Shown one piece after another: positions 54,029 through 64,000 of a stretch of DNA of 64,000 nt (its first letter is position 1; each line of letters starts with the position of its first letter). Source of the DNA: an uncultured Acidobacteriota bacterium (GTDB lineage Bacteria; Acidobacteriota; Vicinamibacteria; Vicinamibacterales; CAVVIG01); contig CAVUXJ010000007.1 of NCBI GenBank assembly GCA_963745495.1, positions 78,239 to 142,238 of the forward strand, written 5' to 3'. The notes under the pieces were generated by a model. It did not search any database. It was not told where the DNA came from and saw only the letters and a list, made by a program, of their open reading frames with translations. The translations under genes were made by a program, and so were the position numbers.

Positions 54029-55610
54029 TCAGCCGGACCCGTTGCGATCGACGGTTTTCCGGCGCGCGGTCAGCTCCATGATGGCGTCGCTCAGGTGGCC
54101 GACCAGGTCGCCGGCGGTCATCGACAGTTCGCCCTTGTCGGCTTCGGACAGGTCTCCCGCCATGCCATGCAGATAGACGGCGAGCTTGCAGGCGGCCTCC
54201 GCGTCGAGCAACTGAGCCAGCCACGCGGCGATCATGCCCGGTCAGGACATCACCCGTACCGCCCGTCGCCATTCCGGGGTTGCCCGTCGGATTGATGAAC
54301 ACCTTCTCGTCGGGCGTCGCGATGAGCGTCCGGTGCCCCTTGAGCACCACGTACGCGTGATGCGCGCCGGCGAAATTGCGGGCAATCTCGAGACGGCTGG
54401 CCTGCACTTCCTCCGTGGACATGCCGACGAGCCGCGCCATCTCGCCCGGATGCGGCGTGATGATCACGTCGCGCCCCTCACGCCCGGACAGCCGATCGGG
54501 ATCGCCGACAAAGGCATTCAAGCCGTCAGCGTCGATCACCAGCGGCATCGTCGCGCGGTCGACCAGCGCCCTGATGAAGGCGCGGGTCGACTCCACCTGA
54601 CCGAGTCCCGGCCCGATCGCGATCACGTCGCGGGCGAGATCGAGAAGCCGATCGACGGCGTCGAGGTCGAGCCCTCCCGCTGTCTCTTCAATCGGCACCG
54701 TCATGTATTCCGGCGCCATCGCGGCCACGATCGGCTGGCAGCTCGCCGGCGTCGCGACGGTCACGAGCCCCGCCCCCGAGCGCAGCGCGCCGAGGCCGGC
54801 GAGATGCGCCGCCCCGGTCTTGCCGCGCGATCCGGCCACCACGAGGACGTGGCCGTAGTCGCCCTTGTGGCTGTCGGCCGACCGCGGGTTCACCAACCCG
54901 CGCATCGCGCCGCGCGTGAGGAACTCGACCCGCGGACCGTCGAGGGACTCGATCACCCCGGACGGAATGCCGATGTCGGCGATGACGATGTCCCCGGCGC
55001 GCGTCTCCGCAGGGGGCAGGACGAGCGAGAGCTTCGGCGCTGCCAGCGCGACGGTCATCCCCGCCTCGATCGAATCACCGATCGGCTCCGGCGAATCGGC
55101 CGACAGACCAGACGGCAGGTCGATGGAGACAACCGGGATCCCAGATCCGTTCACGTCCGCGACGACCGTTTCCATGAGTCCCGACAACGGCGCGTTCAAG
55201 CCGGTGCCGAAGATGGCGTCCACGATGAGAGCGCAGTCGCCGATTTCAGAGAAGTGAAGCTCCCACGCCTGGCTGTCGGCGATCTCCACCACGGTGACGC
55301 CGAGCCGGCCGAGAATGTCGAGGTTCATCCGGGCGTCGCCGCGGACCTCGGCGACCTGACCGATCAGAAATACCAGGACGTCGACGTCGCGTTGCAGGAG
55401 CGTGCGCGCCACCACGAAGCCGTCGCCGCCGTTGTTGCCGCGCCCGCAGAGGATCGCCACCTGCCGTTCCAGCAGATCGCTGTGCATGGCCTCCATGGCC
55501 GCAACGACCTGCCGTCCGGCGTTCTCCATGAGCACGAGCGAGGGAATGCCGATCTCCTCGATCGTCCGGCGATCGGCCTCGCGCATTTGAGCGGCGGACA
55601 GGATGCGCAT
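54029..55610 (-). CDS. nnr: bifunctional NAD(P)H-hydrate repair enzyme Nnr (epimerase/dehydratase); one frame change near 54.24 kb
   Basis: ORF 54018..55610 has CGRGNNGGDGFV (epimerase), ..KGDYGHVLVVAGS.. and GGTGDVLTG (dehydratase). The C-terminus MIAAWLAQLLDAEAACKLAVYLHGMAGD.. is in ORF 54029..54235. Confidence 0.85.
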
Positions 55611-55617
55611 CGATAGA

Positions 55618-55677
55618 AGCTGTCAGCTCAGTCAGCTCTCAGCCAGTTACAGCTCAGCAGTGATAGCTGAAGCCAGC
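55618..55677. repeat. CAGCT-word low-complexity spacer
   Basis: AGCTGTCAGCTCAGTCAGCTCTCAGCCAGTTACAGCTCAGCAGTGATAGCTGAAGCCAGC. Confidence 0.6.
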
Positions 55678-55760
55678 GAACGGCATCGCACAGGCATCGT
55701 TGGCTATGCGCAACGGCACACGTGCAAGCCGGATCTGTCGACAGCGTCGACGTGAAGCTA

Positions 55761-55872
55761 CGTCTCAAGTCTCAGTCGCACATCTCAGCTCACGCGTGAC
55801 TGTTCGAGTTCGAGATTTGAGACATCTCGTTTCACGTCTCAGCTTGGGCCTGACTTTCTGGGTCTCGAGACT

Positions 55873-55895
<23 letters not shown>
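55761..55895. repeat. GAGACTT/TCTCAG-word low-complexity spacer
   Basis: CGTCTCAAGTCTCAGTCGCACATCTCAGCTCACG..GAGATTTGAGACATCTCG..GTCTCGAGACTTCAGACTTGAGACTTGAGACTTT. It runs into the last codons of the gcvP ORF. Confidence 0.6.
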
Positions 55896-58776
<2,881 letters not shown>

Positions 58777-58782
58777 CGATAT

Positions 58783-58817
58783 ATTGCAGATTCAGATTGC
58801 AGATTGCAGATTCAGAG
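58783..58817. repeat. GCAGATT-word tandem spacer between gcvP and gcvH
   Basis: ATTGCAGATTCAGATTGCAGATTGCAGATTCAGAG. Confidence 0.6.
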
Positions 58818-58821
58818 TGGA

Positions 58822-59197
58822 TCACTTGACGAGCTCGGCGTACTTCGTCGCATCGAGCAGCGTGCCGGTTTCGCCTGGATCGGCGAGCTTGAGGACGATC
58901 ATCCAGCTTGCGTGCGGATCCGAGTTGACCAATTCGGGCTTGTCCTTCAGCGCCGCATTGACCTCGACCACCTCCCCCGAGACGGGCGCGTAGAGCTCCG
59001 ATACCGCCTTGACCGACTCGATGGTGCCGAACGACTCCCCAGCCTTCAATCGTTCCCCCACGTTCGGGCAGATCCATGTAAACGACGTCGCCGAGCTGCT
59101 GTTGGGCGTAGTCGGTGATGCCGACCTTGCCTCGATCGCCGGCGAGCTCGATCCACTCGTGATCTTTGGTGTACTTGAATGCCGCCGGATAGGTCAT
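58822..59197 (-). CDS. gcvH: glycine cleavage system H protein (one frame change near 59.06 kb)
   Basis: FKYTKDHEWIELAGDRGKVGITDYAQQQLGDVVY.. / ..GESFGTIESVKAVSELYAPVSGEVVEVN (lipoyl-lysine motif). Confidence 0.8.
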
Positions 59198-59311
59198 CGC
59201 ACACTCCCAGGGCCGGTCCGATCGCCTCGGCGTCGGCTCCGGCGGTCCGCCGACAGCTTCACGAAAGACGGGAAGCTCCGCGTCTTCACGAAAGGAACGC
59301 AGGAACCGGCC

Positions 59312-60427
59312 CTACTTCTGACGCTTATAGAACGGCATCGGGACGACCCTCGCGCGAGCTCGCCGTCCCCTGATGTCGACATCGAACTCGGCGCCTGGTA
59401 CCGCATGGTCCACCGGCACGTACGCCATGCCGATCGCTTTCTTCAAGAACGGCGTCTGGGTGCCGCTGGTCACCGCACCGGCCTTGACGCCGTTCAGATA
59501 CACGTCGTGGCCCTGGCGCGCAATGCCCGGCTCGGCCATCTCGAAGCCGACGATCTTGCGGCGCACCCCCTCGGCCTTCTGTTGTCGCAAGACGTCGGCG
59601 CCGAGGAAGTCGCCTTTGTTCCAGCCGACAATCCACCCCAGATCCGCTTCGAGCACCGTTGTCGTGGTGTCGATGTCGTTCCCGTACAACCGCATCGCGG
59701 CCTCGAGCCTCAAGGTGTCTCTGGCGCCGAGACCGCACGCGGCGAGCCCCACCGATTGCCCTGCCTGGATCAGCGCCTGCCAGACACGATCGGCTGATTG
59801 TGGCGGCACGAAGATCTCGAAGCCATCCTCGCCGGTGTAGCCCGTTCGCGAGACCATGGCACGCACGCTCGCCACTTCCCCGTTGGCGAACCAGTAATAC
59901 TTCATCGACCCGAGCTCCACCCCGGTGAGCGGCTGCAGCACATCCAGCGCCCGCGGCCCTTGCACGGCAAGGAGCGCATATCGCGAGCTGGCGTCCACGG
60001 CGACCACATTGCCAGCGGCCGCAATCTGTTCGGAGATGTACTTGTAGTCTTCCGCGATATGCGACGCGTTGACGACGAGCAGGAAATGACTGGGGGCGAG
60101 GCGATAGACGAGCAGATCATCGACGAAGGTCCCTCGCGCGGTCATCAGCCCGGAATATTGCGCCTGGCCGACCTGCAGCTTGGACGCGTCGTTACACGAA
60201 ATGCGCTGCACGGCCGCCAGCGCGCCCGTGCCGGCGATCTCGATCTCGCCCATGTGGCTGACGTCGAACAGCCCCGCGCGCTCGCGGACAGCCAGATGCT
60301 CGGCGGCGATGCCGGTGTACTCAACGGGCATGTCCCACCCGCCAAACGGGACCATTCTGGCGCCCGAAGCGCGATGGAGAGCGTTGAGCGGCGTCTTCTT
60401 GAGAGGAGTGGCGGCAGCCTGTTCCAT
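59312..60427 (-). CDS. gcvT: aminomethyltransferase GcvT
   Basis: ORF track, 371 aa, uninterrupted. TPLNALHRASGARMVPFGGWDMPVEY, LFDVSHMGE and SRTGYTGEDGFEI. Confidence 0.9.
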   Translation of the reverse strand: MEQAAATPLKKTPLNALHRASGARMVPFGGWDMPVEYTGIAAEHLAVRERAGLFDVSHMGEIEIAGTGALAAVQRISCNDASKLQVGQAQYSGLMTARGTFVDDLLVYRLAPSHFLLVVNASHIAEDYKYISEQIAAAGNVVAVDASSRYALLAVQGPRALDVLQPLTGVELGSMKYYWFANGEVASVRAMVSRTGYTGEDGFEIFVPPQSADRVWQALIQAGQSVGLAACGLGARDTLRLEAAMRLYGNDIDTTTTVLEADLGWIVGWNKGDFLGADVLRQQKAEGVRRKIVGFEMAEPGIARQGHDVYLNGVKAGAVTSGTQTPFLKKAIGMAYVPVDHAVPGAEFDVDIRGRRARARVVPMPFYKRQK

Positions 60428-60571
60428 GGGAGAGCAGTGACGCGAAGCGTGTTCGACCGGAACAGGTAACGGTACTATGCGCGTCGAGCGCGGTCAAGAA
60501 AGGCGCTTGCCATGTCAAAGCCGCTCATCGTGCGGCCGCGGCGAGGGAAGCATCCGCCGCGGCCAATTGGG

Positions 60572-60884
60572 CTACCGGCGATGCCGGACGATGCGCGCGA
60601 CCCCCGCACCGGCGTAAACGGCCGTGCAGGTGAGGGCCGCGGCCACGAGCAGGACGATCGGCCAGAGTGTGCCGGGACCTATCCAGAACAGCGTGACCGT
60701 CATTCCAGCCAGCGCGCCGGTGGCCATGGCCGCCGCTCGAAACCACGGCGTGTCCGACCGACCACATACGCCAATCGCCGTCACAAAGAGAATGGCCATC
60801 GTGGTGACCACGCCCCGGCCTGAGTTCAGCCACCAGCCGCCGGCCAGCTGCGGCAGCCATCGCGGTAAGGAGCCCGATGGTCAA
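60572..60884 (-). CDS. small hypothetical membrane protein (probable frame change near 60.81 kb)
   Basis: MTIGLLTAMAAAAGRRLVAELRPGRG (ORF 60525..60884) continues as ..TTMAILFVTAIGV..ATGALAGMTVTLFWIGPGTLWPIVLLVAAALTCTAVYAG.. (ORF 60572..60811). Confidence 0.35.
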
Positions 60885-60937
60885 ACGGGACAGCCCCCGC
60901 TCGGGTGATGCGTGTGTTCATCAGAAGCCACCCTCGC

Positions 60938-62113
60938 TCAATAAGGAGTCTGGTGGTACGGCGCCCGCCCACCCGTCGCGAAGCAGAAGAAGGCGTACAT
61001 GTTGCAGGAGTTACACTGCCACGAGCTCCACCACAGCCACCACGAGCTGGCACCGCAGCCGTTCTTTCGGTAGCAGCGATCGTGGACATCGCAGCACGGC
61101 CGAAACACCGTGCGATCGAGCCAGTGAAGGCCGTCACAGCCCGGATCGTTCGCCAGGACGGTGGGCATCACCAGCCCGAGGACTTTTTCTGTCCAGCCGT
61201 TCTGCCGCCGCCGTGCCACGAAACCCTGCGTGGCAACGAGCGTATGGAAGTAGTGAAACGCGAAGCTCTGGACGTTGGCCCATGCCAGATCGGGGGTAAA
61301 CGGCCACCCGCCGATCGGCTTCAGCCGGTCTGCGTCCAGATAGCCCTCGGTCAGGCCAGGGAAGGACCAGGCCAGCACCCGTTCTTCGACGTACCAGCGG
61401 CTGGACCCCACCTCGGCGTTGTCCTTTCTGAGCCGGCTGATGAACGAGTTCCCGCGCGTCGGTGCGCCGGTCATCACATGCCGGCGGGTTGCGGCTCTGC
61501 TGGCGGTCGCGGACAGCCCGTTGGCCCACTCCGTGTGGAGTTCGCTGATGTCCCGATCGAGGTCGCGCAGACGGGCACCACGAGGCCGCAGCAGCCCTTC
61601 CTGCCATTCAAGCTGTGAGGCACCGGTCGCCTGATCCTTCCACAAGCTGTACGCCTGCCGGCTCGCCCAGTCGAGCGTCGGGCGCGAGCTCGTCCGCCTG
61701 GTCGGTCGAATCTGCACGATATCCGTCGATCGGAATTCCAGCACGTCGTTCATCGCATCAACACGGTGGACCTTGAACGTGGCCAGATCGTTGCCCACCA
61801 GGTCCGTGAGGCGGGTCTTGAGGTCGGCGTCGGCCGTCCGCTCGGAGATCGCGACGACGTCGGGGAACCGCACCGTGACTCGAGTCGCCTGACTCTCGAG
61901 CCACTCGTACGTCGCCCCCCGATCGCGTGGCTCCTGTGCCACGCCTGCCTCCGTGGAGGCGACGGTGCGAGGCAGCGTCTGCGGATCGGCCGCCCGGCTG
62001 CTCTGCGCCGCCGGATGCCGCATTGATCCCACCGACACGATGATGAACGCGCTGCCAAGAGGAATGGCGAGCAGGATGATCCGGCGGACACGCGGTGTGA
62101 CGAGGAGTGCCAT
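60938..62113 (-). CDS. membrane-anchored protein with a C-terminal Cys-rich phospholipase-A2-like domain
   Basis: ORF track, 391 aa, uninterrupted. N-terminal TM RRIILLAIPLGSAFIIVSVG. C-terminus ..DPGCDGLHWLDRTVFRPCCDVHDRCYRKNGCGASSWWLWWSSWQCNSCNMYAFFCF.. has 8 Cys and CCxxHDxCY. Confidence 0.6.
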   Translation of the reverse strand: MALLVTPRVRRIILLAIPLGSAFIIVSVGSMRHPAAQSSRAADPQTLPRTVASTEAGVAQEPRDRGATYEWLESQATRVTVRFPDVVAISERTADADLKTRLTDLVGNDLATFKVHRVDAMNDVLEFRSTDIVQIRPTRRTSSRPTLDWASRQAYSLWKDQATGASQLEWQEGLLRPRGARLRDLDRDISELHTEWANGLSATASRAATRRHVMTGAPTRGNSFISRLRKDNAEVGSSRWYVEERVLAWSFPGLTEGYLDADRLKPIGGWPFTPDLAWANVQSFAFHYFHTLVATQGFVARRRQNGWTEKVLGLVMPTVLANDPGCDGLHWLDRTVFRPCCDVHDRCYRKNGCGASSWWLWWSSWQCNSCNMYAFFCFATGGRAPYHQTPY

Positions 62114-62250
62114 GAGGCTCCCTTTGGACCTGACGGTCCCGCGACGCCCCTATGGACATCGCACCAGAGCACACGCGCAACCTCGCAGACACCTGTTCTG
62201 CCCCGTCTCGTCCGCCGTGTTTTGCCGGAGACGCCCGGCCGATCATTCAA

Positions 62251-62470
62251 TCGTTCGTCTTCTCTCGTTCGCCGTTCACGTTCGCCGTTCGACGTGCTGC
62301 GTTCGACGTTCGTTCGTTCGGCGTTCGGCGTTCGGCGTTCGACGTGCTGCGTTCGACGTTCGACGTGTCCCACTCGCCCGTTCAGCGTGCGACGTGCGCC
62401 GTGCCGTGCGGTGCTCGACGTGAGGCGCTCGCCGTGCCGTGCGGCGTTCACCGTCCGTTCCTCGCTCGTC
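62251..62470. repeat. GTTCGACG/GTTCGGCG-word low-complexity spacer with a 27-nt exact direct repeat
   Basis: CGTTCGACGTGCTGCGTTCGACGTTCG occurs at 62286-62312 and again at 62336-62362. It is surrounded by GTTCGCC/GTTCGGC/GTGCCGTGCGG words. Confidence 0.65.
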
Positions 62471-62547
62471 GTTCTGCGCTCTGGTTCTCAGCAGCACTTA
62501 CATCGACACGTCGAACGTCCGCCATCGCCAGAGCGCTCCGTAAGGAC

Positions 62548-63965
62548 TTACACCTCCACTGTTTCAGGACACACCGCCGGCGTCGCCACCGTGGCTTCGT
62601 CGCCTCCATCCTCGATGCGGGCCGTGGCCTCCGCGGCCGCCTCGACCGGGTCCTTCAGATACGCCACGAGGGTGTGATAGCTGATGCCGAGGAACCGCGA
62701 CGCCTGGCGCTTGTTGCCCTGACATCGCTCCACCACGAGGCGCGCATACCGCCGGCCCCACGCCCGCATCGTTTCGCGCCGTTCGAGCGACGGGACGATG
62801 ACCGTCGCATAACCGCCACGAATGCTCGGCGGCAAGTCCTCGAGAAAGACCATGTCGGATTCCGTGAGGGCGACGGCACGTTCCACCACCCGCTCGAGCT
62901 CGCGGACGTTTCCCGGCCAGTTGTACTCGACGAGCGCCGCTTCGGCGGCCGCCGACAGCCGGAGCGGCCGCCTGGCACGGTGCCGCTCGAGAAAGGAGGC
63001 CGCCAGCGCGAGGATGTCGGCGCGCCGCTCGCGAAGCGTCGGCACTCGCAGGTCGACGCCGGCCAGACGGTAATAGAGGTCGGGCCTGAAGACGCGACGC
63101 TCGACCAGCCCGGCCAGGCTCCGATTGGTCGCCGCGATGATACGGATATCGACGCGATGCGATCCGTGACCGCCGACCCGCTCCACGGCAAGATCCTGAA
63201 TGGCCCGCAGCAGCTTCGCCTGTGCGGACGAGGACAGGTCGGAGACCTCGTCGAGAAACAGCGTGCCTCCGTCAGCGTGCTCGAACTTTCCGCGCCGGCC
63301 GCGAACTCCGGTCGCCGTCCGCTCCTCGATGCCGAACAGCTCCGCCTCGAGCAGCGTGTCCACGAGCGCGGCGCAATTGACAGCCACGAACGGGCCGTTC
63401 CGCCGCCGGCTTGATTCGTGAATCTGCCGCGCCACCAGCTCTTTGCCGACGCCGCTCTCTCCTTCCAGGAGGATCGTGAAGTCGGTTCCGGCGACGCGAT
63501 CGATCTGCCCTCGCAGCGCCTGCATGGCGGGTGTCGATCCGATCAGCGCGGCGGCGGGGCGTTTCGGCCTTGGCTGCCGGGCACCAGCCCGGCCCGCGCC
63601 AATTGAAGCCGGCTGCGATCGATCTCCAGGACGAACGCGCCGATATGCGCGGCGATGCCCAGCAGTTGACAATCCCATTCGCCGAGCGGCGAGCCCGGCT
63701 CGAGTGCCGCTTCGAGCACGCCGCCAGCATCGCCACCTGGAACGTCGAGCGCAATGGACTCGATCGCGTCGAGCCTCTCACCGCGACCGTTCCACCGGCC
63801 GGCATTCTCCCGCAGGCGCACCGACCGCACGGGCACCAGACGGCGCAACGTTTCCTCGAATGCTCCCCGCAGCAAGAAGCTGTCGGAGCGGTCCGCCATC
63901 GCACGCGAAAGAGCTGCCAGCAGATCGCGCGAGCCCGAGCCTGCGATCGCGCCGCCGCACAACAC
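62548..63965 (-). CDS. NtrC-family AAA+ enhancer-binding-protein-like regulator with an N-terminal sensory domain and C-terminal Fis-type HTH (one frame change near 63.56 kb)
   Basis: ORF 62548..63678 has LLEGESGVGKE (Walker A), GGTLFLDEV (Walker B), RIIAATN, NWPGNVRELE, and the HTH GNKRQASRFLGISYHTLVAYL. The N-terminal ~130 aa are in ORF 63543..63965. Confidence 0.8.
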
Positions 63966-64000
63966 GCCCCCGTGCGGTCTGCTTCAGAATCACTCGCGGT

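Noticed and set aside
60428-60571. Looked for a glycine riboswitch upstream of gcvT
   Set aside because: The minus-strand leader lacks the conserved GGAGAG...CACCGAAGGGGCAA...CTCAGGCAAAAGGAC-type cores. Nothing glycine-riboswitch-like is visible.
62251-62470. Considered whether the word-repeat spacers (also 33702-33763 and 58783-58817) are CRISPR arrays
   Set aside because: The units are 7-27 nt and contiguous or irregularly spaced. There are no unique spacers of uniform length and no cas genes in the window.
62152-63414. 420-aa plus-strand ORF
   Set aside because: Its first third reads through the GTTCGACG word repeats (FDVRRS-type peptide repeats). The rest is antisense to the AAA+ regulator.

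Overview
This is a GC-rich bacterial chromosomal segment. The gene families present (DUF4136, HAF repeats, carboxypeptidase-regulatory-like lipoproteins, many outer-membrane beta-barrels, UPF0182, AmmeMemoRadiSam) suggest a soil Acidobacteriota-like organism, but that taxon is inference only. The window holds one intact tRNA (tRNA-Pro CGG), no rRNA and no CRISPR array. The right part (48.7-60.4 kb) is housekeeping: secA, guaB, tsaE, nnr and gcvP-gcvH-gcvT. The middle (30.5-48.5 kb) is mixed core: surE, an MFS transporter, amrS-moaA, three orphan response regulators, a CPA2 antiporter, UPF0182, a cupin, an M23 peptidase, a multicopper oxidase, nhaA and a DUF2278-LTD fusion. The left part is accessory. 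Envelope and secreted proteins and decayed genes occupy 0-12.5 kb. An integrase-less mobile/defence mosaic occupies 12.5-23.2 kb, with an HNH fragment, a cold-shock gene, two TerS-like HTH genes, Abi-alpha, ParDE and a 1060-aa HKD-nuclease/SF2-helicase/DUF3427 gene. An ArsR + DabA + two antiporter-like subunit cassette occupies 23.2-30.5 kb. That cassette is bracketed by ~270-bp direct repeats that carry the 3' part of tRNA-Pro. Three observations apply across the window. (1) There are about 35 frame breaks and several deletion relics in otherwise recognisable genes, either assembly indel noise or real decay. (2) Many intergenic spacers are built from short repeated words (CAGCT, GAGACTT, GTTCGACG, GAGGTTC, GCAGATT) that often form long hairpins. 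(3) A membrane-anchored protein has a C-terminal Cys-rich domain carrying the secreted-phospholipase-A2 signature CCxxHDxCY. All calls rest on motif recognition by eye in the supplied translations; no searches were run.
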